From a bacterium (GTDB lineage Bacteria > Zhuqueibacterota > Zhuqueibacteria > Zhuqueibacterales > Zhuqueibacteraceae): a DNA stretch of 64,000 nucleotides. The notes under the pieces are model-generated. The model was not told the origin of the DNA. It did not search any database and saw nothing but the letters and a program-made list of their open reading frames with translations. Position 1 is the first letter of the stretch, and every line of letters begins with the position of its first letter. The stretch lies in NCBI GenBank assembly GCA_044869275.1, contig JBIOXB010000168.1, positions 1 to 64,000 on the forward strand. The letters run 5' to 3'. The translations under genes were made by a program, and so were the position numbers. Shown here piece after piece: positions 29,999-41,080 of the stretch.

Positions 29999-32389
29999 AT
30001 GAAAGAGTATAATTGTTTCCGCCGTCGTGTCATTTCATCACTCTTTGCGCTGTCCATCATCGCGCCTGTTCTCTGCCATGGCCAAAACACCTATTGGCAG
30101 GAAAGCGAAAAAATCTTCAGCAGCAACTCCGTCGCGCTGGTCAAAATCGAAATTGACCCGGCTTTTCTGAATTATATTCTTGATCCCGCCCACGCCGAGA
30201 GCGACAGCCTGTTTCCCGCACGGCTCATTTTTCAAAACGCCGAAATTCCCGCGGACACGCTGGAGCCGGTCGGCTTTCGGCTGCGCGGCAATACTTCGCG
30301 TTATGCCCAGAAGAAATCTTTCAAAGTTGATATCAATGAATACGTCAGGGGTCAGAAACTTTATGAACTGGAAAAACTGAATATCAACGGCGAGCACAAT
30401 GATCCCGCCCTCATGCGCGCGCGGCTGTCCTGGAATTTGTTCAATTTCTATGAAATTCCCTCCGCGCGCGCCACGTATGCGGCACTTTATATCAACGGCG
30501 AGTATAGAGGGCTTTACACCATCGTCGAACATTACGACGAAGAATTCATCCAGTCGCGTTTTGGCAACAACGAGGGCAATCTCTACAAATGCCTGTACCC
30601 GGCGGACCTGATCTATCTCGGACCGGATCAAGAGGCATACAAGAAAATGCGCAATAGCCGCGAGCGCGCTTATGATCTCGAAACCAATGAGGAAGGCGAT
30701 GATTATTCCGATCTGGTGAGTTTCATCACTTTTCTTAACAACACCAGCGACAGTGAATTCGCGCGCCTGGTCGAGGAACGATTCAACGTACGCGCGTTTC
30801 TCAAATATCTCGCGCTCAACACGCTCATGGGCAGTTGGGACGATTATTGGTACCTCAAGAACAACTACTATCTTTATCACAATGCCGCCACGGACAAATT
30901 CGAATTCATCCCTTATGATTACGACAACACCTATGGCATCGATTTCGTCGGCGGCGATTGGGGCCGGCGCGACATTTACCTCTTCGGCCATCCCTCCGAG
31001 CCGCGCCCGCTGGTGGCGCGCATTTTGGCGATTCCGGGTTATCGTAATCTTTACACGGCTTTTCTGAAGGAATTCATCGACGGCGGTTTTGCATTATCCG
31101 CGCAGGAGCCCAGGATGCTCGCCTGGCGCAGTCTGGCCGAAGCATGGGTGCAAACGGACACATATTACCCGCGCGACTGGGGTTTTACTTTTGCCGACTG
31201 GCAACAGTCGCTTGACGTTGCGCGCGGCGGGCATGTGCAGTACGGCATCCGGCCATATATTCAAACACGCCTCGCCACGGCCGCGCCGCAACTGCGCGAG
31301 GGGCCATTGCCGGCCGTGATTTCAGAGGTGAACTGGCTGCCGGCCCAACCGGCAGCTACTGAAGATGTCATTGTCACCTGCCGCATAACCGATGCGGCCG
31401 GTGTGTCAAATGCGGAATTGCTCTACAGCGTTTCCGGAGCCGCGTTGGTAAACACGCCTCTCTACGATGACGGCCAGCATAACGACGGTGCGTCAAATGA
31501 CGGTCTGTGGGCAGGGAAGATCCCAGGTCAAATGGCAGGGAGCTTTCGCGAGTTTTATTTGCACGTGCGCGGCAGCGCAGGCGCATGGACGATTTATCCC
31601 GAGACTGCCCCCTTCAAGACGATTCTGCTGACGCAGGGAATTTTCGCCTTTCCCGTGGTGATCAATGAGTTCATGGCCTCCAATGCCAACACCATCACCG
31701 ACGAATTTGGCGATCGCGATGATTGGGTTGAAATTTACAACAGCGCCGACACCACGATAGCGCTGGCCGGTTTTTTTCTGACGGATAATCTCGCCAATCC
31801 CACGAAATGGCAATTTCCCGATACCACGCTGGCGGGCAATTCTTTCATGCTTTTGTGGGCGGATGAACAAGCCGTGCAAGGCCCGTTGCACATGGCCTTC
31901 AAACTCGGCGCCGGCGGCGAGCAACTCGGCCTTTTTGCACCGCAGAATCTGGGCATGATTTCGGTCGACACGTTGAGCTTCGGCGCGCAAACAACCGATG
32001 TATCGTTTGGACGCAATCCTGATGGCGGCGTCGCCTGGGAATTTTTTGACCGTCCTTCACCGGGGAAATCCAATGTCGCGACGAGTACAGTTTCAGAGCC
32101 CGGCGGCCCAAAACGTTTTTCACCCAAATCTTTTTATATTGAAGGCGCGCTGCCCAATCCCGCCAAGTATGCAACCCGGTTGCGGCTGTTCATTGCCCAA
32201 ACGGGAAATTACACGATTCGCATGTTTGACGTGATGGGCAGAGAAGTCCGGCGCGAGCAGCATGAGTTTTCTCGGAGTGGCGCGCAATATCTTTTTCTGC
32301 CCTTGGCTGAATTGAAATCGGGGGTCTATTTTGTGCGGATGGAAAGGGGGCAAACCGCGCAGGCGATCAAGATGATCGTGTTGAAGTGA
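29999..32389 (+). CDS. CotH kinase-family protein with lamin-tail domain and C-terminal sorting domain
   Basis: GFRLRGNTSR..KKSFK, NNYYLY, IPYDYDNTYG; VINEFMASN..DWVEIYN; PNP..SGVYF. Confidence 0.88.
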   Translation: MKEYNCFRRRVISSLFALSIIAPVLCHGQNTYWQESEKIFSSNSVALVKIEIDPAFLNYILDPAHAESDSLFPARLIFQNAEIPADTLEPVGFRLRGNTSRYAQKKSFKVDINEYVRGQKLYELEKLNINGEHNDPALMRARLSWNLFNFYEIPSARATYAALYINGEYRGLYTIVEHYDEEFIQSRFGNNEGNLYKCLYPADLIYLGPDQEAYKKMRNSRERAYDLETNEEGDDYSDLVSFITFLNNTSDSEFARLVEERFNVRAFLKYLALNTLMGSWDDYWYLKNNYYLYHNAATDKFEFIPYDYDNTYGIDFVGGDWGRRDIYLFGHPSEPRPLVARILAIPGYRNLYTAFLKEFIDGGFALSAQEPRMLAWRSLAEAWVQTDTYYPRDWGFTFADWQQSLDVARGGHVQYGIRPYIQTRLATAAPQLREGPLPAVISEVNWLPAQPAATEDVIVTCRITDAAGVSNAELLYSVSGAALVNTPLYDDGQHNDGASNDGLWAGKIPGQMAGSFREFYLHVRGSAGAWTIYPETAPFKTILLTQGIFAFPVVINEFMASNANTITDEFGDRDDWVEIYNSADTTIALAGFFLTDNLANPTKWQFPDTTLAGNSFMLLWADEQAVQGPLHMAFKLGAGGEQLGLFAPQNLGMISVDTLSFGAQTTDVSFGRNPDGGVAWEFFDRPSPGKSNVATSTVSEPGGPKRFSPKSFYIEGALPNPAKYATRLRLFIAQTGNYTIRMFDVMGREVRREQHEFSRSGAQYLFLPLAELKSGVYFVRMERGQTAQAIKMIVLK

Positions 32390-32552
32390 ACAAAAGCCAA
32401 AACAGAAAGATGAAAGACAGAAAAATGACAATGGACCTCATGCCCGGAGGCTGGATGGTGACGGGATAGGACAAAAGGCAGATATTTTTCTGCCCTACAT
32501 CTTTCTGCCTTCAGTTTTTACTGGCCTGAAAACCTGATCCAGCCCTGGCGGG

Positions 32553-34424
32553 TCATTTAGCTTTTGCCGCATGCCCTTGCCACCAGCGCTCGCGCAAAGT
32601 TTTGGCTTCTTCCGTGGTTTCCGAAGGCAAGGATAATTCAAAATCCGCCGCCGGCTGCTGCCCCATGACGGCTGCGACTTTTTGCAGGCGGCTGCGACGA
32701 ATGATCGTCAAATCGATCTGGCTGCCGGCGCTGCGGCCATACAACAGATCTTGCCAATTCTCCATCGTGACTTCTTTATCGTTTATCGCCACGAGCCGAT
32801 CTCCAATTTCCAACCCTGCCGCCTCGGCGGGTGAATCGTATGCAACTTCCGCGATGTTTATTTGCCCGTCCGTTTCCTTCACGTCGATGCCCAGATAAGA
32901 TGTGCCAATATCGGAAAGCGTATCGATTTGAATGCCGGCCAGGGCGAGATCGTGTTCGAGCGGCAATGCTTCGGTGCCTTCGACGAAACGCCGGCGAAAA
33001 TCGTCCCAGCGCAAGCCGGTGACCTCGCTTACCGTGTTCCAAAATTGCGTTGCGGTAAAGCCCGGCTTGGGAAGCCCGAAACGTTGCAACAACACACGCA
33101 TGACTTCGTCGAGATGGTGCTGGTTTTGGGTTTCGTGCCGGAGGCGCAAGTCCATGCACAAGCCCACGAGATTGCCTCCGGGATAATAGGAAAAGTATGT
33201 GCGTCCCAAATTACCTTGCTCGCCTTCGCCGTAATTCCACAGCCAGACGTCAAAACTGTTTTCGCTCGGACTGCGGTATTTCCAGCCGCGGGCGCGGCGA
33301 TAACGCGTGATAATATTCGAATACATGCGCAGCCATTTGCGCGTCGACCATAAGCCCGCCCGCACCAGCGTCAGATAGCCGTAGTAATCTGTGAAGCCCT
33401 CCATAATCCACAAGCCGGTGGTATAAACTTCTTTGCTGTAATCGAAGGGCCCCAGTTCGACCGGACGAATGCGTTTGACATTCCACAAATGAAAAAACTC
33501 GTGAGCGGCATATTCCAAATCGATGTCATGATTGTCCAGGCCGCGATACAAGTCCCAGGACTCGCCGGCGCTGCCGAAATCCATTAAGCGATGCGGCATG
33601 CCGATGCTGGTGGAATTCAAATGCTCGAGGCCGTAATAATCTGCGCGCGCATCGACGTGCCAGATGAAAACATATTTTTTGAACGGTGCGCCGCCCATCA
33701 TTTGCAATTGTTCCGCCACGGTCTTTTGGAGCTTCTCAGCAAAATCGTCGATGCGATTCATTTCGCTTTCGCCGTGCACGGCGAGATGAAATCTCGCTCC
33801 TCCCTCTTCAAAAATTTTCTCTTGAAAATCCCCGATTTCCATCGGCGCGTCGATGAGCTCATCATAATTCGCCGCGATAAACGTCGAATCATTCAGCCCT
33901 TCCAAGCCCGTGGCAATGCGCCAGCCGCGCAATCCTGCGACGCGCAATTGCACGGGCTTTTCTTTTTGACCCACCGGATACATGAATACCTGCGGCCCGA
34001 AAATCTGTGCGTGTTCATCGTTGAATTCGCTTTCAACGTCGCTGAGAATGTTGGCGAAAATGCGATAGGAAATCGCGATCTGCTTGGCGTTGGAAGAGAT
34101 GAATACGCGCCAGGTTTGTTTGTCAGTTTTTTGGAATTTCAGCAGCGTGCCTTTGTCGTCGCGCGCCGAAAATTCCTGCACGAACTTGGCGTAGTTTGTG
34201 ATCTGATACGATCCCGGCGCCCAGGCGGGCAGGCTGAAATCCATTTGGGCGCCTGGCGCAGGAACGGTTAGTGAGACTTTGAGAAAGTGGGTTTTGGGAT
34301 TCTCGAGGGTGAGCACATATTTATTATGCGGTTGCGCATGCAGAGAAAAAGTGAAGCCGCATCCGCAGACGCAACAATAAACAGCTATTTTTAGCAAAGA
34401 AATTTCCTGAGTTTCTTGCCTCAT
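32553..34424 (-). CDS. M61 family metallopeptidase with PDZ domain
   Basis: PAWAPGSY, GLEH.NS, HEFFHLWNVKRIRP, EGFTDYY; C-terminal PDZ. Confidence 0.93.
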   Translation of the reverse strand: MRQETQEISLLKIAVYCCVCGCGFTFSLHAQPHNKYVLTLENPKTHFLKVSLTVPAPGAQMDFSLPAWAPGSYQITNYAKFVQEFSARDDKGTLLKFQKTDKQTWRVFISSNAKQIAISYRIFANILSDVESEFNDEHAQIFGPQVFMYPVGQKEKPVQLRVAGLRGWRIATGLEGLNDSTFIAANYDELIDAPMEIGDFQEKIFEEGGARFHLAVHGESEMNRIDDFAEKLQKTVAEQLQMMGGAPFKKYVFIWHVDARADYYGLEHLNSTSIGMPHRLMDFGSAGESWDLYRGLDNHDIDLEYAAHEFFHLWNVKRIRPVELGPFDYSKEVYTTGLWIMEGFTDYYGYLTLVRAGLWSTRKWLRMYSNIITRYRRARGWKYRSPSENSFDVWLWNYGEGEQGNLGRTYFSYYPGGNLVGLCMDLRLRHETQNQHHLDEVMRVLLQRFGLPKPGFTATQFWNTVSEVTGLRWDDFRRRFVEGTEALPLEHDLALAGIQIDTLSDIGTSYLGIDVKETDGQINIAEVAYDSPAEAAGLEIGDRLVAINDKEVTMENWQDLLYGRSAGSQIDLTIIRRSRLQKVAAVMGQQPAADFELSLPSETTEEAKTLRERWWQGHAAKAK

Positions 34425-34551
34425 GCAGGCCTCTCCAATTGTAAGGTAGTCTTATTTTGTTTAAGAGTCGCGAGGGAAAATATCTCGACAATACATCTTA
34501 GATAGTCAGAGCTTCTGAGCCGCTAAAATAAACTAAAGTAAGGATGCCAAC

Positions 34552-35255
34552 ATGTTAAAGGCATTCGTATTGATTCTCTGTGGTGGTATTTTGTGTCCTG
34601 CCGCCGTTTCGGCCCAAGAAAGAGATCCGGATAGGTCTCGTACTCCAGATTGGGTTTACATTGCCAGCGCCACTGCCATAACTATAGCGGGCGCTCTGTG
34701 GTATCATCGCACTTTTGTGAAATCCAATCACGCACACGCGGAGAAGGCTCTGAAGGAAAAATCTCAGATTGAGATTACGTATTTGGCGACTGCAAAAGAG
34801 AAAAAGGCCTTGCAAAAGCTGAAAACAGCGGAAGAGATTCATGCCTTCATGCAAAGCTTTTGGCAGAGCAGAGATCCGAATCTCGAGACGCCGGAAAATG
34901 AATTCGAAGAAGAATATTTGCGCCGATTCGACGAAGCCAATGCGCAATTCGCCGATCATCGTGCCGGCTGGGAAACCGATCGCGGCCGAGTGCATCTACT
35001 TTATGGTCTGCCGGACGAGATTCGGCGTGAGCTTGGGTCGACTTGAGCTTCACAGCAAGAGGCAAAACGGATATCAAAGCCATGGAAGTTTGGCTGTATT
35101 ATCGGCCCAGCAGCGGTTATGAGGGCGGCATCAAGCAATTCGTTTTTGCCGATTTGGAAGGCAGCGGCCGTTACACCCAAATTTATTCATCAGAAAGTGG
35201 GGAGGTTTCGGACGCGCGTATTTATTTCAATACTGCAGGTTCCTCCAACCGCTAA
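34552..35255 (+). pseudogene. GWxTD domain protein, frameshifted
   Basis: FWQSRDP..ENE..GWETDRGRV..YG.PD; EVW.Y..FVFAD..G.Y continues in the -1 frame. Confidence 0.7.
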
Positions 35256-35336
35256 GAATAATTTCTTGCGGGATAGAGTTTATGGCATTTTCTTTTCATT
35301 GTTGCTGAGTTGATGCAATGCATGGAACGGTTCACT

Positions 35337-35756
35337 TTATTCAGCATCCTGTCGCGCCTTGGCGAGCAAATCAAACAAATCAAATTGATGAGCTTGTTCT
35401 TCGAGATATTGGAAATCGAGCAAATCGCCTTGCACTTTCAAAACGCTGAGCACATCGCGCCATTGCACTTCCGAAACTCCACCGCCGACTCGAAACCAAC
35501 GCAGCTTGGCCAGAATGATATCCTCAGCACTGGCCATCCAAACTTCGCCTCCGCCTATGTCATGGCGCCGGCGTCGCGCAAACGCCGAGATTTCCAGCTC
35601 ATCTTGCTCGGTTATGGAATACAAATCTATCTTGAACGCCGTGTCGAAGTGAATGAGCTGAATCGCATAGCGATGTTGCAGGGCCTCCTGCACGGCCTCA
35701 GCACTAATCACAAAATCCGTTTCGAATCTGCAAAAGATGAAAGCCCCTTTCGCCAT
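35337..35756 (-). pseudogene. N-terminally truncated nucleotidyltransferase-like protein
   Basis: FKIDLY..SAEDIILAKLRW..SEVQWRDV..LD..YL C-terminal half present; the GS/DxD region is absent. Confidence 0.55.
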
Positions 35757-35980
35757 GAGTTGGAGATTTCTTCGCCGGCCATACGAGCAAGCAACAAACG
35801 ACTCAACGTGTTTTGATCAGCGCCAGGATGTTTTTCTCGCAAATCGCTCAAAATGAGCTCACGCGCCATTTGGCGCATGGTCACGATACTCTGTAACTGT
35901 TGCGCTGAAGTTCGCTTGCGCCAAAGATCGATCAAAATTTTTTCTGCTTCCGGAGAAGTATCACGGGCAAGTGTAGGCAT
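35708..35980 (-). CDS. small helical protein, putative partner or antitoxin of the nucleotidyltransferase
   Basis: DTSPEAE..LWR.. and LREKHP.A pattern typical of small genes preceding such NTases. Confidence 0.55.
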   Translation of the reverse strand: MPTLARDTSPEAEKILIDLWRKRTSAQQLQSIVTMRQMARELILSDLREKHPGADQNTLSRLLLARMAGEEISNSWRKGLSSFADSKRIL

Positions 35981-36127
35981 GGCTTTCCTACTATTGGCAA
36001 GGACAAGATGGCAAGGTCAAATGGGCTGCACCAACTAAAGAAAAATACAAAATCGCCGTGTAGGAAAAAAGCGATTTATCCGCATGACTGTTGGCAACGA
36101 AGCAATTTTATAAACACCAGGGCTCAA

Positions 36128-37300
36128 TCATTCATGCTCAAGCCCGAGATACCTATCGAGAAACTCATATACGAACGGATGGCCAAACTCCGAGTTTTGC
36201 AGAACCACGATGCCAATTTTTTCTTCGGGCAAAAATGCGATTTGAGAGAGATAACCGCGCAGGCCGCCGCTGTGAAAAACCAGCTTGTGGCCGGCATAAT
36301 CAAAGACGCGCCAGCCCAAACCATAGTGCGCCGCACGAATGCGCCGGTGCCAGTTGAACCGGCGCCGCTCGCGCGGCGTGGCTACCAAAGGCGCGCTCAC
36401 TTCCTGGACAAGCTGCGGCGGAATCACTTCCGGCATCCCGCCCATCAGTGCACGCAGCCACAGCGCCATGTCGTGAACGCTGGCATTGACGCCGGCGGCC
36501 GGCAATACGGTGTAATACGTATCGCGGATATTCGCGGGCAGCCATTGCTCTCTGCTCATGACATGCGGATACGCAAAATTTCCGGAAGCCAGCAGGCCGG
36601 CTTTGCTCAAAGACGCATCGGCCATGCCCAACGGCTTGAAAATGCGCTCGGTCAACAGTTCCTGATAGGCTCTGCCCGTGGCATTGGCAATGATCGGTGC
36701 GATCAGGCTATAGGCCACGTTTTGATAGGCGTAAAGCGCTCCCACCGGGCTCGTGATCGGAACCTCTCTCAAGTGCTGCGCCATCTTGTCAAACGCGACA
36801 TTGTCCTCGATCATGCCATCGTAGGCGTGCGCCAGCAAACCGGAAGTATGGCTCAGCAGGTGCCGGATGGTGAGCTCCTGCGCATTGGCGGGGTTTTTGA
36901 GCGTGAAGTCCGGCAGATACTTCCGCACGCGGTCGTCCCACTGCAACACGCTATCCTGTACGAGCATGCCGGTGAGCACCGCGGCGAAGCCCTTCGACAA
37001 GGAAGCGATGCGAAAAGAGGTGTTCACGTCGATCTTCTCCGGTGCGTTGACGCTCCGGCGGCCAAAGCCCTTCATATAAACGATTCGGTCCGCGTTCACA
37101 ATGGCGATCGCGACGCCGGGAGCTTTTGATTCCGCCAGAAGACTATCGACGTGAGCCTCGTACTGCACGAAAAGCCGGTCAGGCGCAGAAACGAGATTGG
37201 GCGTACTATGCGTGGAAGGCGATTCCGGGAGCGTGCTGAAAAGCACACCCAGCACGATCGCGAATCGGAAGCAGTGAACGGGATGGAAGAATCGCCTCAT
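36128..37300 (-). CDS. serine hydrolase, beta-lactamase class C-like
   Basis: SLSK (SxxK), LLSHTSGL, YQN (YxN), HSG. Confidence 0.9.
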   Translation of the reverse strand: MRRFFHPVHCFRFAIVLGVLFSTLPESPSTHSTPNLVSAPDRLFVQYEAHVDSLLAESKAPGVAIAIVNADRIVYMKGFGRRSVNAPEKIDVNTSFRIASLSKGFAAVLTGMLVQDSVLQWDDRVRKYLPDFTLKNPANAQELTIRHLLSHTSGLLAHAYDGMIEDNVAFDKMAQHLREVPITSPVGALYAYQNVAYSLIAPIIANATGRAYQELLTERIFKPLGMADASLSKAGLLASGNFAYPHVMSREQWLPANIRDTYYTVLPAAGVNASVHDMALWLRALMGGMPEVIPPQLVQEVSAPLVATPRERRRFNWHRRIRAAHYGLGWRVFDYAGHKLVFHSGGLRGYLSQIAFLPEEKIGIVVLQNSEFGHPFVYEFLDRYLGLEHE

Positions 37301-37735
37301 GTGAGTTCGAGTTGGTTAATAAACGAAAGGGCGTACACACGCCCGGTAATTTTCAGAAAGTTTTTTCGCACCGCTTGGCTGAAAACTGGTGTAGTCAGTT
37401 ACAAGTGCACTCTCTGTAAAAAAAACAAAAACTTTCTCCCACGGAAATGGAACTGCCACGAAAAAAGCTTTTCATTTCCGTGGGAGCTCCGCTTTCGTGG
37501 GCGATAAATCCTTGTTGTTTCCGGCTCGTCCTGGTTATGCCTGGATTCGCAAAGGTCAACTAAAAATAAAACAAGAGGTTGCGAGCGAGCGAAGGTTTGC
37601 TTTTCGTCAGCGAGTGCATCCGTCCGTGGATGAATAAATAAGCATTTTATCGCTGAAAGGAAAGTAATTTTTTGCCATGTTCGCCATGACAAAACCCATT
37701 GATCCGACAATCATCAAATGATCCAGCCCCTTTTT

Positions 37736-39304
37736 TCACGCCACTTTCGGCGCGGCCGATGCACGTTTGTCCACCGAAAATTTCCTCTCTGCCCAGCTTG
37801 CCAGCCGCACGAACGGCAGGCCGATGAGCAAATACATGATCGCCACCAGCAGGCCGAGGCCGAGGTAATCGAAATCAATGCCGGCGAGGCGCTGGTATTC
37901 GCGCGTCAGTTCCACCATGGCAATCACCGAAACGATGGAGGAATCTTTGATCAAAGAAATGAAGTCGTTCGTCACCGGTGGTATCACCAAACGCATGGCT
38001 TGCGGAATAATGACGTGGTGCAGCGCCTGGCCTCGTGTCATGCCCAAGGCCAAGGCCGCTTCCATCTGGCTGCGCGGGATCGCCAGAATGCCGGCGCGAT
38101 AGTTCTCCGCTTCGTACGCGGCATAGTTCAATGCCAGCCCAGCGACCGCTGCGATCTCGGGAATCAATTTAATGCCGGTCAATTGCGGCACGGCGTAATA
38201 GATGAACAGCAATTGCACTAACAATGGTGTGCCGCGTATGGTTTCGATATAGATCGTGGCCAGCGGTGAGAACGGCAGCGGCGCGTACAAGCGCGTGAGC
38301 GCCAAAATCAATCCGATCATCACTGCTAAAATCATTGCCGCAATGGAAAGCCAAACCGTGGTGACCGCCGCCCACGCCAACCGTGGTAAATAGGTTTGAA
38401 AGTACTTCTGCAGCTTATCCTGCCAGGTTCTCTCCAGCCGGTTTTCCCTTAGGAATTTTTGCCAGGCCCCAGGAGGGGTGTTCGAGGCGCGATCATCGTG
38501 AAAAAACTCCGCCAGTCGCGGCGTCCACATATTCCAATGTTCATAAATCCGGCGCAGCGTGCCGTTATCGATCAGCTTTTGCAACGCGCGATTGATTTCC
38601 GCTAATAGCGCCGTATCTTGCTTGCGCATGCCGATGCCGTATTTCATTTCGCCGATGGGATCGCCCACGAATTTTAGTTTGGGGTTGGTCGCGCCGTAAT
38701 ATAATGCGATGGGATGATCCATGAGCACAGCATCGAGCCGCCCGAGCGCGAGATCTTCATAAGCCGTGATCTGGCCGTCATACGAGCGAATTTGAATGCC
38801 CGGCTCAGCTTCAAGAATACGCTCGGCGAGTGAAGCTTTGAGCGTGCCCACGGCCTTGCCGGCGCAATCTTTCAAGCTGTTAATATCATACGTATCCTTG
38901 CGTACGGTCAATTGCTCGAAGGTCACGTAATAAGGAATTGAGAAATTGATTTCCTGCTCGCGGTCGGGGGTGATTTCCAGGCCGTTGACGACAATGTCGT
39001 AATTGTCAATGCGCAAGCCCGGCACCAAACCATCCCATTGGTTTTGCACGAACACCGGCTCGCGCTGGAGCTCCGCCGCCAGCGCGGCGACCAAGTCGAC
39101 CTCGAAGCCCAGCATCAGGCTGGGATCATCACGATCGGGAAAAATAAACGGCGCGCCGCCTTCGGCATCCGCGCCCCAGCGCAAAGTGGGTTTGCCTGGT
39201 TGCTGCGCCAAAGCTTGAATAGAACAAACAAAAACCGTCGCGAAAACGAGAAAGGCGCTCACCGCCTGGGAAGCGTCTTGAAAAGCTCGCCGTGCTGAAA
39301 TCAT
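37736..39304 (-). CDS. polar amino-acid ABC transporter, substrate-binding/permease fusion
   Basis: SBP family 3 domain, then RGTPLLVQL, AYEAE..RAG, QMEAA.ALG. Confidence 0.92.
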   Translation of the reverse strand: MISARRAFQDASQAVSAFLVFATVFVCSIQALAQQPGKPTLRWGADAEGGAPFIFPDRDDPSLMLGFEVDLVAALAAELQREPVFVQNQWDGLVPGLRIDNYDIVVNGLEITPDREQEINFSIPYYVTFEQLTVRKDTYDINSLKDCAGKAVGTLKASLAERILEAEPGIQIRSYDGQITAYEDLALGRLDAVLMDHPIALYYGATNPKLKFVGDPIGEMKYGIGMRKQDTALLAEINRALQKLIDNGTLRRIYEHWNMWTPRLAEFFHDDRASNTPPGAWQKFLRENRLERTWQDKLQKYFQTYLPRLAWAAVTTVWLSIAAMILAVMIGLILALTRLYAPLPFSPLATIYIETIRGTPLLVQLLFIYYAVPQLTGIKLIPEIAAVAGLALNYAAYEAENYRAGILAIPRSQMEAALALGMTRGQALHHVIIPQAMRLVIPPVTNDFISLIKDSSIVSVIAMVELTREYQRLAGIDFDYLGLGLLVAIMYLLIGLPFVRLASWAERKFSVDKRASAAPKVA

Positions 39305-39383
39305 TCTGGCTTCCTTTATTGTCGATTTGATGAAACCGGTTTGCGCTGAAGCTTTGCCATTCTGCAATGAGCACACCCCTTGT

Positions 39384-39455
39384 TGTCATTCCGTGGTAAT
39401 CTTTTTTCGCCCTGGTAATGTGCTGGAATATGAAAAAAATTCTTACAGAATGACA
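39384..39455. repeat. REP-like family B element
   Basis: TGTCATTC...GAATGACA terminal inverted repeat. Confidence 0.6.
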
Positions 39456-39462
39456 TGCGCAA

Positions 39463-40233
39463 TCACAAAAACTTCTTCAGAAATTTTCGCGTGCGCTCGT
39501 CCTGGGGAGAGGAGAAAATCCTTTCCGGCGGGCCGCTTTCGACGATGTTGCCGCCTTCGAAATAGACGACGGTGTCGGCCACGTCACGCGCGAAGCGCAT
39601 TTCATGCGTGACCACGATTTGCGTCATGCCTTCGTCATTTAATGCTTTCATCACGTTGAGCACTTCGTCAACCAAGCCGGGATCGAGCGCGGAGGTGGGT
39701 TCATCATACAGCATCACTTTGGGCTCCATGGCGAGCGCGCGGGCAACGGCCGCGCGTTGCTGCTGGCCGCCGGAAAGCTGGGAGGGATAATGATGCGCGT
39801 GCGTGGACAATCCCACTTTATTCAAAAGATCGAGCGCCTTGTGGCGTGCCTGTTCCTCCCCCATGCCTTTCACCACCAGCGGTGCGGTGGTGATGTTTTC
39901 CAGCACGGTGAGATGCGGAAACAAATTAAAGCTTTGAAATACCATGCCGACATGCGCGCGCAGCGTGCGCGTCTTGTGATGAAAATCAGCGCTCAGCGGC
40001 GCATGCGGATGCGGCCTTTCAAGTGTGATTTCACCAATCACAATCTTGCCTTGGTCCATCGTTTCCAAACAATTCAAGCAACGCAAAAAAGTGGATTTGC
40101 CGCAACCCGAAGGCCCAATCAAAACGGTGAGCTCACGCGCTGCGATGGTCAAATCCACCCCGCAGAGGACTTGGTGGTGGTGGAAGGATTTGTGGAGGTT
40201 TTCAACGGAGACGACGCGATCGTTTGACGGCAT
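39463..40233 (-). CDS. amino-acid ABC transporter ATP-binding protein
   Basis: [30 protein letters not shown]. Confidence 0.95.
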   Translation of the reverse strand: MPSNDRVVSVENLHKSFHHHQVLCGVDLTIAARELTVLIGPSGCGKSTFLRCLNCLETMDQGKIVIGEITLERPHPHAPLSADFHHKTRTLRAHVGMVFQSFNLFPHLTVLENITTAPLVVKGMGEEQARHKALDLLNKVGLSTHAHHYPSQLSGGQQQRAAVARALAMEPKVMLYDEPTSALDPGLVDEVLNVMKALNDEGMTQIVVTHEMRFARDVADTVVYFEGGNIVESGPPERIFSSPQDERTRKFLKKFL

Positions 40234-40526
40234 AAGGCTGAACCTCTTCTGTACAATGAAAGCACAACACGAAGGCAAAAAGATGGCGTAATCAGAGTTT
40301 CTATAAACTCTTTTTTGTAATACAAACTCGCAATACTGGGCCTTTTTGCAGAGTTCCTGGTGCGGTCAGCTGTAAGTAATATCTCTGCAATAAATCAAAG
40401 TTTAATTCCACACGGATTAAAAAACCACGCAGATCGTTTGAAAACTTCAGTGTGGTTTTTTGATCCGTGTGAAACCATTATGATTTCGACCCTGTCGGCT
40501 GTGAATCTTTGAGCCTTGGTGTTGAA

Positions 40527-40877
40527 TTATTTTTGCTCGGAGAACAATTCCTCCAGCATCTCAAACGCATAGCGCAAATGCGGAATCACGATCGAGCCGC
40601 CGATGATGAGCGCAATGTTCATGGCTTCGTGCAATTCCTCACGCGTGACGCCCTCGGTGACGCAGCGGTCGAGGTGATAGAAGATGCAATCATTGCAGCG
40701 CAACACCATGCTGCCGACCAGCCCCATCATTTCCTTGTATTTGACCGGAATCTTGCCTTCGAGATAGGCTTTATTGTCTAGGGCAAAAAACTTCTGAAAA
40801 TCTTTGAACCCGCTGGTCAAGATTTTCTCATTCATATCCGCGCGGTATTTGCGGGTTTTGGTTATTTTAGCTTCCAT
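40527..40877 (-). CDS. carboxymuconolactone decarboxylase/AhpD family protein
   Basis: KYKEMMGLV.S.VLRCNDCI.YH (CxxC), GGSIVIPHLR. Confidence 0.85.
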   Translation of the reverse strand: MEAKITKTRKYRADMNEKILTSGFKDFQKFFALDNKAYLEGKIPVKYKEMMGLVGSMVLRCNDCIFYHLDRCVTEGVTREELHEAMNIALIIGGSIVIPHLRYAFEMLEELFSEQK

Positions 40878-41080
40878 CGCCTCTCCTTGCAAATTCGGGT
40901 TTTTGCGCTGAAAAAGCAAAGACGTCGTTATTTAAGGGACTACCACGGATTTTCAGACAAGTTGAAGGCCGAAGCCCGTTACGGAACAGCTTTAGACAAA
41001 AAACTCTCCAACGGATCAAAAACGACCAACGGATTAATCTGAATCCGTTGGTCGCTTCTCATTCGTTGGCGAAGAAACTT

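Noticed and set aside
35028..35046. Programmed frameshift or TGA recoding in the GWxTD gene
   Set aside because: No slippery sequence is visible, and the continuation is out of frame, so readthrough would not help
36128..37300. Bona fide AmpC resistance gene
   Set aside because: The motifs fit the broad serine hydrolase family (HSG rather than KTG); activity cannot be inferred
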